Source: an uncultured Acidimicrobiales bacterium (GTDB taxonomy: Bacteria > Actinomycetota > Acidimicrobiia > Acidimicrobiales > DATKAS01). From it: a stretch of DNA of 64,000 nucleotides. Shown piece by piece: positions 39,016-47,817 of the stretch. The number at the start of each line of letters is the position of its first letter. Positions within the stretch are counted from its first letter, which is position 1. The notes below the pieces were generated by a model. The model made no database searches, was not told the origin of the DNA, and was given only the letters and a program-made list of their open reading frames with translations. Where the stretch lies: the NCBI GenBank assembly GCA_963726695.1, contig CAVSDE010000002.1:2003-66002 (forward strand), given 5' to 3'. A program made the translations under genes and the position numbers.

Positions 39016-39584
39016 ATGGAGCGACGACACGCGTTTGCGATGGCCGCGGCTGTCACCCTGGTCGCAGCGAGCTCGACAGTGGCGGCCTGCCGCGATCGCT
39101 GTCCCCGGCGAGCCTCGGCTTCGGAGCCGGGGCTTCCGCGGATCCCTCCGAGCCGACGACCGCGTCATCGATCGCGACTGAGGCTCTCCCAACGGTCCCT
39201 TCCACCGTGGTGGAGGTGAGGACGCGAATGATCGACGACGTCGTGCACGTCCCCGCCCCCGACGCTCCGACGTCCGCTGCAGCGGCCGCGCCGACCGCCT
39301 CCGTGAGGCTCGACGATCCCTGCCGGCAAGGGGGCCGATGAGGGCACCGAGGGCGACGACGAGATGGCTTCGAACAGTCGCTGCGCAAGCGGCAGTAGAC
39401 CACGATGGCGACGAGCTCGTCAACGGCCGCCGCCGCGACGGCAGCTCCGCCCACGACGATGCACGAGCACGACGACGACGAGCACGAGGGTTCTTCGACG
39501 AGTGCACCGGCAATGACTGCCACCACGATGGGCGCATCGACGAGCTCACCACGCGGCCCGCACGACGGTGGCTCCGACGACTGA
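39016..39584 (+). pseudogene. Signal-anchored low-complexity protein with a His/Asp/Glu-rich tail; frame repeatedly broken
   Basis: AGGAGG at 39005-39010, then ATG 39016 MERRHAFAMAAAVTLVAASSTVAA. Later pieces (..TVPSTVVEVRTRMIDDVVHVPAPDAP.., ..HEHDDDEHEGSS..PHDGGSDD stop at 39582-39584) lie in other frames. Confidence 0.3.
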
Positions 39585-40215
39585 TGGAGGGCTCGAACGA
39601 ATCGACAACAGCGAGCCAGGCCGACCGGCTCGCGGTGTCTGGCTGAGCGCCGCTCGAGACAAGCCGGCGGCAGCGCCGCCGAGGCCACGTCACCGACTCC
39701 AACGGCCTCGACTGTCGACACGCCGGACCACCCCCGCAAGCACCGCTCAGCGCCGCACCCCCCAGCGCTGGACCGGCCGCCATCGCCCTTGGCGCCCCAT
39801 TGCGACCAAGGGCGCGGTCGACCCATCGGAGGCGGACGCACAAAGCCGGCGCGGGTCGCATCCTCAGCGCGGGCCTGAGCACCGCGATGTGCCTGTTCAT
39901 CGTCGCTGTGCTTGCCGCCAACCCGCCGAGCTGGTCGTCGCCGGCAACCGGTCGCTGCCGTCGGGCCGACTCCCCCACGCTCATCGACGTCTCGGTGTAC
40001 TGCACCTGGACAGACCCAGCCGGCCCGCCGAACGACGTGACCTGCGGAGGCGGCGCCGGCGCGCCGACGGCGCCGACGTCGCAGGCGGAGGTGGAGGTGA
40101 CCGAGGCTGTGCGCAGGACTGGCCGGATGCCTGACGCCCGGCGCCGCACTCACGGTCACCGTGGCACCCGACGCCTCTTGACCGCCGCCCGCCGCCGAAC
40201 CGCCGCCGAGCGCGC

Positions 40216-40570
40216 TGGTGCCCCGTCCGCGAGGACGCCACGCTCGGGGTTCAGTCGTTCACCACCGACGTCAAGGAAGGCGCCCGTCGCGATGAGCACG
40301 ACGCTCATCCGCCGTTGGCGGCGGGGGGAAGTCGAGGTCCACCACATCATCGATCCGGCCAAAGGTCGTCCAGCTCACTCGGGGCTCGTGGCAGCCGGTC
40401 GTGTCAGCGTCCGAGGCTTGGTGGGCTGAAGGCCTGGCGAAGGCGGCGATCGTCGAAGGCCCGCACGCGGGCGAAGCCCTCCTCCGGCGCTGCGGCGTCG
40501 AGGGTTGGCTCACCTCCGAAGATGGCACGACGACACGCGCGTCGCGAGCACTGCGGAGGGATCGTCGTGA
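40216..40570 (+). pseudogene. apbE: FAD:protein FMN transferase (ApbE) C-terminal half, at least 3 frame switches; the N-terminal half could not be traced
   Basis: W.PVRED..VKEGA / VAMSTTLIRRW..VEVHHIIDPAKGRPA / SWQPVVSASEAWWAEGLAKAAIVEG in three frames. A TGA at 40568-40570 overlaps GTG 40567 of the next gene. Confidence 0.6.
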
Positions 40571-41259
40571 TCGCAGAAGTGACCCCGCAGCTGTGGTGGT
40601 ACGTCGCCCGGGCGAGCGGGCTGACCGCGTACGCGCTCGCGACTCTGTCGGTGCTCTTGGGACTGGCGTTCTCAGCCCGCGCAGTGAGACGGCGGGGCGC
40701 TCCCGCGTGGATGAACGACCTCCACCGGTTCCTCGGCTTCCTCACCGTCGTGTTCACCGCGGTCCACCTGCTCGGGCTGTGGGCCGACAGCTACGTGCAC
40801 TTCGGTCCGAGCGAGCTCTTCGTGCCCATGGCTTCGACCTGGAACCCCGGTGCCGTCGCGTGGGGAGTCGTCGCTGCGTATCTGCTCGTCGCGATCGAGC
40901 TCACGTCGTGGGCGCGACGGCTGTTGCCTCGCCGTGTCTGGCACGCCGTGCACCTCTCGAGCATCGGGCTCTTCGCTCTGGCGACGGTCCACGCGGTGCA
41001 GGCAGGCACCGACACGGACATGGTTGCGCTGGTGTGGACGTTCGTCGGCTGCGTGCTGACCGTCGGCTTCCTCGTGCTCTACCGGTGGCTGACCCGGCGG
41101 TCCGCTGGAGGCTCGACGAGGAGAGCGACCGGTCGAGCTCGTCGAGGCCGCCTGATGAGCTCCGAGCCGAGCCCCTACTCGTCGAAGTGCACCTGCTGGG
41201 GGAAGCCGTCCACGAGACGGAGGTGGATGCCCGCCGGCCGTCCTCACCGCTTCGCTTGA
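40567..41259 (+). CDS. Ferric-reductase-like transmembrane (MsrQ/YedZ-type di-haem) protein; 3' end uncertain
   Basis: QLWWYVARASGLTAYAL.., LHRFLG..AVHLL, ELTSWARRLLPRRVWHAVHLSS..TVHAV. The paralogue at 48688..49242 is 185 aa, so the last 30-40 codons here may be read-through. Confidence 0.75.
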   Translation: MIAEVTPQLWWYVARASGLTAYALATLSVLLGLAFSARAVRRRGAPAWMNDLHRFLGFLTVVFTAVHLLGLWADSYVHFGPSELFVPMASTWNPGAVAWGVVAAYLLVAIELTSWARRLLPRRVWHAVHLSSIGLFALATVHAVQAGTDTDMVALVWTFVGCVLTVGFLVLYRWLTRRSAGGSTRRATGRARRGRLMSSEPSPYSSKCTCWGKPSTRRRWMPAGRPHRFA

Positions 41260-42010
41260 ACTGAATTCGGATGTCGTCGGGCTGCGCGTTCGTGGTGCCA
41301 ACCGTGAACCCGGGCGCCGGCGTCACCTCGAGCAGTGCTCATCGCTGTCGGTGTGTAGCTGATCTGACACCGAGCCCCCGGCGGACGAGAACGACGCGGT
41401 CGACGCCGCTGTCGTCAACGACGTCGAGGACGAGGTCGACGAGGTCGACGACGTCGAGGTCGACGTCGACGACGTCGAGGACGAGCTCGACGCCGTCGAA
41501 GACGGGACCGACGCGGTCGTCACTGACGGTCGACTCAGACGTCGAAGCCCCGTCCGACCGCGGACACCGACGGGGTCGCGGGGGCTGCGGCACCGTCGCC
41601 CCGACCGTGGTCGGGGCAACGGCCCGCGGCGTGGTCGGAGCCGCAGTTGGGCCTCCGGCTGTCCCCGACCGTGGCTCGGGGAACGTCGGTGGATCGGGAG
41701 CAACGGAGGCCGAGGTCGTCGGCGCCACCGAGGACGACGCGTAAGGCGGTGGCTCCGCAACCGTGTCGTCTCGATCGTCGGGCCGGTGCCGGCGACGCGG
41801 AGCCGGCTGGCACCCTCGTCGGAAGACCGCGCCACGATCGCTCCGAGGGCAACCACGCCGATCAGCCCAGCGCCGCCACGTACCGCTGCCCGCCGCTGGT
41901 GCGCCCGCCGGATCCGTGGCCGGATCTGGGCCGAGCGCGTCGTCGGCCGATGGCTGCTCCCCCGCCGCCCGCTCGAACATCTGCTTCACATTGCTCTCAT
42001 CGTCAACCAT
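41175..42010 (-). pseudogene. Anti-sigma-factor-like membrane protein with a Ser/Thr- and Pro-rich linker; several frame switches
   Basis: ATG 42010 overlaps the sigma-factor stop (ATGGTTGA). MVDDESNVKQMFERAAGE.., TM GLIGVVALGAIVA.., low-complexity stretch, C-terminus FTVGTTNAQPDDIRIQFKR..IHLRLVDGFPQQVHFDE with stop at 41175-41177. Confidence 0.45.
41400..41500. repeat. Imperfect short-period repeat (gacgtcgag / gtcgac units) inside the anti-sigma-like gene
   Basis: The run gtcgtcaacgacgtcgaggacgaggtcgacgaggtcgacgacgtcgaggtcgacgtcgacgacgtcgaggacgagctcgac reads as a Ser/Thr run in one minus frame. Confidence 0.6.
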
Positions 42011-42504
42011 CTCGCGCCCCTATCGCCGCCGGTCGCAGCCGGGCACTCCCTTGACTCATGTGGAACTTGACGCGCCCCCCGGACAATGACATCGCTGCTC
42101 GCGACCTCTGCGACCGACAGCCCTTCGACGTAGTACAGCGACATCGCCAGGCGCTGCCGTGGAGGCAGAGACGCGAGCAGCGCTGTCGCGTCATGTCGGA
42201 AGCCGGTGCCTCGACCGCCCAAACCAGCTCGGCAGCGAGCAGCCGCCGCGCCTTCGACGCCCGCTCCTCACGTCGGAAGTGATCGCGCATCTTGTGGATC
42301 GCGACACGCCGCACCCATGCGACGGGATCGTCGTACCGGGAGATCTGTCGCCATCGCAGGTGTGCCTTCACCCAGGACGCTTCCTGCACGGAGTCGGCCG
42401 CAACCTCGGCGTCACCGCACGCGGCAGTGAGCGCTCGTACGAGCGACGGGATAGTGGGCTTGGAACGCCTCGTCGAAGCCCGGCGCTCGATGTGGTGCGA
42501 CCAT
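42003..42504 (-). pseudogene. ECF (sigma-70 group 4) sigma factor, about 3 frame switches
   Basis: Region 2 (FDEAFQAHYP / SLVRALTAACGDAEVAADSVQEA..DDPVAWVRRVAIHKMRDHFRRE). Region 4 (LPPRQRLAMSLYYVEGLSVAEVA / MSLSGGRVKFHMSQG). Pieces lie in ORFs 42003..42704, 41986..42222 and a third frame. Confidence 0.75.
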
Positions 42505-42596
42505 CGGGCGGGGCGTCGTTCACCGGGCGTCCACGCTTCCTGGCCCCGGAAAGGTTTGGTCGACCACCACAATTCTGTCGGCGCGACGATGGGTCC

Positions 42597-43708
42597 ATGC
42601 TCATGATCGGCACCCGCAAGGGCGCATGGCTGGTCAGACCCGATGCAAAGCGCCATGACTGGGCCGTGACCGGCCCGATCTTCCTCGGTCAGATCATCCA
42701 GCACCTCGTGCAGGATCCTCGACGACCGGCCTCGCTGCTCATGGCCTCACGCACGGGCCACCTCGGTCCCACCGTGTTTCGGTCCACCGACCTGGGTGAC
42801 ACTTGGCAGGAGGCGACCCGGCCCCCACGTTCGCCAGGGGCGACGCCCTCGATCGCAGCGTCGGCTCAGTCGTGTGGTTGAGCCCGGGCCATCACGACGA
42901 ACCCGGCGTCTGGTACGCCGGCACAGTCCCCCAGTGCCTGTTCCGCAGCGAAGACGGCGGCGACAGCTGGGAACCGGTCACCGGCTTCAACGACCACCCG
43001 ATGTGGAAGACCTGGGCCAACTACCCGGAGGACCAGACGCCGGACGGATCAATGCTCCATTCGGTCATCGTCGATCCGCGCGATCCGCGCCATCTCTACA
43101 TCGGCCTGTCGGGCGGCGGCGTGTTCGAGAGCGTCGATCGTGGCGCCGACTGGGAGCCACTGAACGCGGGCTCGAAGGCCGACTTCTTCCCCGACCCCGA
43201 TCCCGAATTCGGCCAGGACCCGCACACGGTCAGGCTCCATCCCCTTCGACCGGATCGCCTCTATCAGCAGAACCACTGCGGCATCTACAAGATGGAGCGA
43301 CCTGAGGGTCGCTGGGAGCGGATCGGCGACAACATGCCGCGCGAAGTCGGCGACATCGGGTTCCCCATCGAGCTTCATCCCCGCGACCCCGATACGGCTT
43401 GGGTGTTCCCGATGGACGGCACCGATGTGTGGCCCCGCACGAGCCCGGACGGCAAGCCGTGCGTCTACGTGACACGTGACGCGGGCGCGTCGTGGGCGCG
43501 ATGCGACAAAGGCCTGCCGAAGCAGGCGTGGTACACGGTGAAGCGGCAAGCCATGACGGTCGATCAGGCGGATCCCGTAGGCGTTTACTTCGGCACGACG
43601 AGCGGGGAGGTCTGGGGCAGCGTCGACGAGGGAGACTCGTGGGTCACGATCGCCGAGCACCTGCCGGAGATCTACTCGGTCGAGCATGCAGAGCCGATCA
43701 CCGCATGA
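42597..43708 (+). CDS. BNR/sialidase-like (Ycf48-like) beta-propeller protein, one frameshift near 42830
   Basis: Repeated S.D.G.sW motifs (RSTDLGDTWQEA, RSEDGGDSWEPV, ESVDRGADWEPL, TRDAGASWARC, GSVDEGDSWVTI) across ORFs 42159..42881 and 42803..43708. Confidence 0.7.
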
Positions 43709-43965
43709 AGGTACGGATCCCGACACCGCTGCGGTCGTACACCGATCACCACGCCTGGGTAGAGGGTTGCGGAGCCACCGTCGACGAGCTGCTACGTGAC
43801 CTTGACCGGACCTACCCCGGCATGCGGTTTCGCATCGTGGACGAGCAGGGCAGGTTGCGCACCCACGTGAAGGTGTGGGTCAACGCTGACCCCGTGCGCG
43901 ACCTCTCGACCCCCGTGGTCGCCTCGGACGAGGTCACGATCATGCAGGCGTTGTCCGGCGGCTGA
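43705..43965 (+). CDS. MoaD/ThiS-family ubiquitin-fold protein ending in Gly-Gly
   Basis: ATG overlaps the propeller TGA. 86 aa, MKVRIPTPLRSYT..VWVNADPV..DEVTIMQALSGG then stop. Confidence 0.8.
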   Translation: MKVRIPTPLRSYTDHHAWVEGCGATVDELLRDLDRTYPGMRFRIVDEQGRLRTHVKVWVNADPVRDLSTPVVASDEVTIMQALSGG

Positions 43966-44446
43966 GGTGAGAGACGACCTTGTGACTGATCGTCGCGAGG
44001 ACCTCGATCTCCTGTGGGCTGAGCAAGTCGATGAGGTGTCGGCGGACCGACGCGACGTGGGGCGGCGCCGCCTTCTGGATTGCGCGCAGCCCTTGCCTGG
44101 TCAGGGCGACGAATGAGCCGCGGCCATCGGTCGTGCACTCCTCTCGACTGACGAGGCCGCGCTCCTGCATCCGATCGATGTGGTGCGAGAGCCGGCTCTT
44201 GGACCAGAGCATGCGAGCGGCGAGCTCGTTGAGTCGCCAGCGGTGGCCGTCGACCTCGGACAGGTTCGAGAGCACCGTGTAGTCGGGCTCAGAGAGGCCG
44301 GAGTCCTCGGTCAGGTCGCGCGCCAGCTGTGCAGTGAGCAGCATCCGCATCTGTTGGTAGCCCCGCCACGCTCGCGCTTCCGCTTCGTCCAACCACACGA
44401 CATCGTCCACGGAAGCAGTGTAGGCTATTGGTTGACATGTCAACAT
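43940..44446 (-). CDS. MarR family transcriptional regulator
   Basis: wHTH LNELAARMLWSKSRLSHHIDRMQERGLVSREECTTDGRGSFVALT. The likely true start is GTG 44410. Confidence 0.85.
   Translation of the reverse strand: MLTCQPIAYTASVDDVVWLDEAEARAWRGYQQMRMLLTAQLARDLTEDSGLSEPDYTVLSNLSEVDGHRWRLNELAARMLWSKSRLSHHIDRMQERGLVSREECTTDGRGSFVALTRQGLRAIQKAAPPHVASVRRHLIDLLSPQEIEVLATISHKVVSHLSRRTTPA
44431..44444. promoter_or_regulatory. Perfect 14-bp palindrome GTTGACATGTCAAC, candidate MarR operator
   Basis: Read directly. It lies between the MarR gene and the divergent FMN reductase gene, and the reductase ATG (44437) is at its centre. Confidence 0.45.
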
Positions 44447-45234
44447 CTACTGCGCCGCTCACCCCACAGCTCATGGTGATCGTCTCGAGCACGCGACCGG
44501 GGCGCGTCGGGCGCAAGGTCGCCGACTGGGTCGTGGAGCGGGCCGAGGACCACGGTGGGTTCGACGTCGTGCTGGTCGATCTCGCCGAGCTCGCGCTCCC
44601 CTTCCTCGATGAGCCGAAGCACCCGCGCTTCGGCGACTACTCGCAGCAGCACACGAAGGACTGGAGCGCGAAGGTCAACGCTGCCGACGCGTTCGTCTTC
44701 GTCATGGCCGAGTACAACCACAGCTTCACGGCACCGTTGAAGAACGCTCTGGACTTCCTCAACCGCGAGTGGTCCTACAAGGCCGTGGGCTTCGTGAGCT
44801 ATGGCGGAGTCGCCGGCGGCACGCGCGCCGTGCAGGCGATCAAGCCGGTGTGCATCGGGCTGCGGATGGTCCCCCTCTTCGACGCCGTGCCGATCCCGTG
44901 GATCGCACAACAGATCGATGAGCAGGGCGCGTTCACCTCCAACGATGCGCTCGAAGCGGGCGCGAAGGCGATGCTCGGCGAGCTCGCGAAGATGACCGAC
45001 GCGCTCGACCGCGGTGCGGAGGCCTGCACCGTCGCCTTGACCTGTGGCCTTGACCTGTGGCCTTGGCTACGAGAGGCGGAACTCGGCAAGCGCCTCGGGA
45101 TTGGCGAGCGCCTCGGTGTTGCGCACCGGCCGTCCGTTCACGACGTCCGCAACCGCGAGCTCGGTGACCTTTCCGCTGCGGGTACGGGGGATGTCGCTGA
45201 CCGCGACGATCAGCGCGGGCACATGACGAGGTGA
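44437..45234 (+). CDS. NADPH-dependent FMN reductase family protein; 3' end probably earlier (at or before 45066)
   Basis: LMVIVSSTRPGRVGRKVADWV, FVFVMAEYNHSFTAPLKNALDFL, SYGGVAGG. The family is normally about 190 aa. The ORF reads through a tandem repeat and into the convergent gene. Confidence 0.8.
   Translation: MSTSTAPLTPQLMVIVSSTRPGRVGRKVADWVVERAEDHGGFDVVLVDLAELALPFLDEPKHPRFGDYSQQHTKDWSAKVNAADAFVFVMAEYNHSFTAPLKNALDFLNREWSYKAVGFVSYGGVAGGTRAVQAIKPVCIGLRMVPLFDAVPIPWIAQQIDEQGAFTSNDALEAGAKAMLGELAKMTDALDRGAEACTVALTCGLDLWPWLREAELGKRLGIGERLGVAHRPSVHDVRNRELGDLSAAGTGDVADRDDQRGHMTR
45034..45066. repeat. Tandem direct repeat, 13-bp unit gccttgacctgtg, two full copies plus 6 nt
   Basis: Copies at 45034-45046, 45047-45059 and 45060-45065, read directly. 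The repeat abuts the stop (45067-45069) of the convergent synthetase gene. Confidence 0.8.
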
Positions 45235-47010
45235 GCATTGCTCGCGCAGCGTGCGCTTGATCGTCTCGCGCAGCGCGTCGTCGAGCTCGACTCCATCGAC
45301 CAGGCGGACGAACAGCACGATGCGCGTGTCGCCGTCCCAGTCTTGGCCGACCGCCACCGACTCGAGCACCTGCGGAAGCCGCTCGACCTGCCGGTAGATC
45401 TCGGCTGTCCCGATGCGCACCCCCGACGAGTTCAGGGTCGCGTCGCTGCGCCCGTGGATGACCATCCCGCCGTGCTCGGTCCACGACGCGAAGTCGCCGT
45501 GCGTCCAAACGCCGGGGAACCGCTCGAAGTACGCGCGCCCGTACGCGGCGCCGCCGGCATCCCCCCAGAACCCGATCGGCGTCGTCGGGAACGGCCGCGT
45601 GCAGACGAGCTCACCCTTGACGCCGGGCGGCGCAGGATTGCCCTCACCGGTCCAGACGTCGACCGCCATGCCGAGCGCGGGCCCTTGGATCTCGCCGGCC
45701 CAGACCGGAAGGGTCGGGTCTCCGAGCACGAAGCAGCCGCACAGATCGGTGCCTCCCGAGATCGACGCGAGGTGCACGTCGGGCTTCACCGCGTCGTAGA
45801 TGTAGGCGAATCCCTCGGCTGACAACGGCGAGCCGGTGGAGCAGATCGTGCGGAGCGACGACAGCCGGTGCGTGTCACGAGGGCGGACGCCGGCCTTTGT
45901 GAGCCCGTCGATCAGCTTTGCGGACACGCCGAGCAACGTGAGGTCGTGACGGTCGGCGAGGTCGAAGAGCACGTCGGGCTTCGGATGCGTCGGGTTGCCG
46001 TCGTACAAGACGATGGTGGCCTTCGACGCCAGCGCGGAGACGAGCCAGTTCCACATCATCCAACCGCAGGTCGTGAAGTAGAAGACCCGGTCGCCCGCCT
46101 TCACGTCGCAGTGCAGCTGATGCTCGGTCAGGTGTTTGAGGAGCAGCCCTCCGGCGCGGTGGACGATGCACTTCGGCGGCCCGGTCGTGCCCGACGAATA
46201 GAGGATCGCCGCGGGGTGGTCGAACGATGTGCGCACGTACTCGAGCACGCCTGCTCCGGCGCCTGTGAATGCCGCGAACGACATCGCGCCGGGCACGCCG
46301 CTGAGGTCGGGGTCATCGCGCAGGTTTCCGACGACGACGATCCTGCGCACGCTGGGGAGGCCCACGGCGATGTCGGCGAGCCGCGCGAGGCAGTCGACGC
46401 GCTTGCCGCCGTACGTGTACCCGTCCGCCGCGAACAGGACGACCGGGTCGATCTGACCGAACCGGTCGATCACGCCGGACGTGCCGAAGTCGGCCGACGT
46501 CGACGAGAACACCGCTCCGATCGCATTCGTCGCGAGGAACGCGATCACGGTCTCGGGGAGGTTCGGCATCCACGCAGCCACCCGGTCACCGGGATGCACA
46601 TCGGCGGCCTGCAGACCGGCAACCACCGCGGCGACCGAGACCCGGAGCTGCCCCCACGTGATCGTGCGTCGCTGACCGTCTTCACGCTCGAAGATGATCG
46701 CCGGAGCGACGTCGTCCTCCGGTCCGGCGAGCAAGTTCTCGGCGAGGTTGAGCGACGCGTCGGGAAAGAAGTGGGCACCGGCGACGGTGCCGTCACCCAC
46801 ATCGAACGACGTCGTACCCGGTGGGCTCACGATGCCGCACACGTCCCACACCTCGCGCCAGAACGCTCCCGGCTCCGCGACGCTCCACTCGTGCAGTGCC
46901 GCGGCATCGTCGAAGCCGGCCCGCCGACGGAACCGGTGCATCAGCGATGCTTCGATGCGTTCCGCGCTCGGCGTCCACAAGGGGGCGCTGTCCACGAAGG
47001 AACTATGCAC
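45067..47010 (-). CDS. aacS: Acetoacetyl-CoA synthetase
   Basis: Intact 647 aa. N-terminus PLWTPSAERIEASLMHRF, then AILYSSGTTGPPKCIVH, WMMWNW and C-terminal RTRSGKVTELAV. Confidence 0.9.
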   Translation of the reverse strand: MHSSFVDSAPLWTPSAERIEASLMHRFRRRAGFDDAAALHEWSVAEPGAFWREVWDVCGIVSPPGTTSFDVGDGTVAGAHFFPDASLNLAENLLAGPEDDVAPAIIFEREDGQRRTITWGQLRVSVAAVVAGLQAADVHPGDRVAAWMPNLPETVIAFLATNAIGAVFSSTSADFGTSGVIDRFGQIDPVVLFAADGYTYGGKRVDCLARLADIAVGLPSVRRIVVVGNLRDDPDLSGVPGAMSFAAFTGAGAGVLEYVRTSFDHPAAILYSSGTTGPPKCIVHRAGGLLLKHLTEHQLHCDVKAGDRVFYFTTCGWMMWNWLVSALASKATIVLYDGNPTHPKPDVLFDLADRHDLTLLGVSAKLIDGLTKAGVRPRDTHRLSSLRTICSTGSPLSAEGFAYIYDAVKPDVHLASISGGTDLCGCFVLGDPTLPVWAGEIQGPALGMAVDVWTGEGNPAPPGVKGELVCTRPFPTTPIGFWGDAGGAAYGRAYFERFPGVWTHGDFASWTEHGGMVIHGRSDATLNSSGVRIGTAEIYRQVERLPQVLESVAVGQDWDGDTRIVLFVRLVDGVELDDALRETIKRTLREQCSPRHVPALIVAVSDIPRTRSGKVTELAVADVVNGRPVRNTEALANPEALAEFRLS

Positions 47011-47817
47011 CGCGCTCTTCGGTCCTTGCGTACCGTGCCCGGCGTGGACGCTGCCGACGAGCTGCTTGCGGACGCCGCAGCCCGCGGCATGGCGGGCTGG
47101 GACTTCACCTGGCTCGACGGACGCATGACCTCAGACGGCTTGCCCTGGGACTACGCCGCGCTCGTCGAGCGTCACGCGGCGACGGCGTCGGCCGTGCTCG
47201 ACATGGGCACCGGCGGTGGCGAGGTGCTGTCGGCGATCCACGCACTACCCCGCTGCACGGTGGCCACCGAGGGCTGGACCCCGAACGTCCTCGTCGCCGC
47301 GCGCCGGCTCGCACCGATGGGCATCCCCGTCGTTCACGACGAAGGTTCGGTCGACAACTTCGAGCAACAGCACCGAGACCCACGGGGCCGGCTGCCGTTT
47401 CGAGATCAGGCCTTCGATCTCGTGATCAACCGGCACGAGGCCTTCACCGCCGAGGAAGTGCATCGTGTGCTGCAGCCCCACGGCCAGTTCCTCACGCAGC
47501 AAGCAGGGTCCGGCGGCGCGGATGCAGGCCGCTTGCTCGGCGAGCCCGTCGCCCTCGAGACGTTCGACCGAGCGTTTGCGGCGTGCCAGCTGCGCGGTGC
47601 CGGGTTCGACGTGCTCGACGGTGCGAGCGCGGTCGAGACGATGACGTTCGCCGACGTCGGCGCCTTCGCGTGGTACCTCACCGTGATCCCGTGGATGGTG
47701 CCCGCCTTCTCCATCGAGACCCATCGAGGGGCTTTCCGCGAGCTTCACCGGCGCGGAGTCGTGCTCGAAATCCACGCGACGCGGTTCTGGCTCGTCGCGA
47801 GAAGGGCGGCCGGGTGA
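47005..47817 (+). CDS. Class I SAM-dependent methyltransferase
   Basis: VLDMGTGGGEV motif I, DLVINRHEAF and LQPHGQFLTQQ, from the last 271 codons of ORF 45868..47817. The start is uncertain (ATG 47005 or GTG 47044). Confidence 0.75.
   Translation: MHRALRSLRTVPGVDAADELLADAAARGMAGWDFTWLDGRMTSDGLPWDYAALVERHAATASAVLDMGTGGGEVLSAIHALPRCTVATEGWTPNVLVAARRLAPMGIPVVHDEGSVDNFEQQHRDPRGRLPFRDQAFDLVINRHEAFTAEEVHRVLQPHGQFLTQQAGSGGADAGRLLGEPVALETFDRAFAACQLRGAGFDVLDGASAVETMTFADVGAFAWYLTVIPWMVPAFSIETHRGAFRELHRRGVVLEIHATRFWLVARRAAG

Noticed and set aside
38992-40159. Two long minus-strand ORFs (385 and 368 aa), one containing GSVQVQYT, which resembles the YGPVQV motif of FMN-binding proteins.
   Set aside because: The rest of both ORFs is Arg/Ser/Cys-rich with no TM or SGAT flavinylation motif. 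The plus strand carries a strong RBS and signal anchor at 39005-39016 and an unambiguous ApbE HHIIDP segment. The minus ORFs share third-position phase with those plus frames.
41400-41500. Short-period repeats considered as a CRISPR array or minisatellite. The 13-bp duplications at 45034 and 50518 were considered too.
   Set aside because: The units are 6-13 bp with no spacers of CRISPR size and no cas genes. The 41.4 kb run lies inside a coding low-complexity linker.
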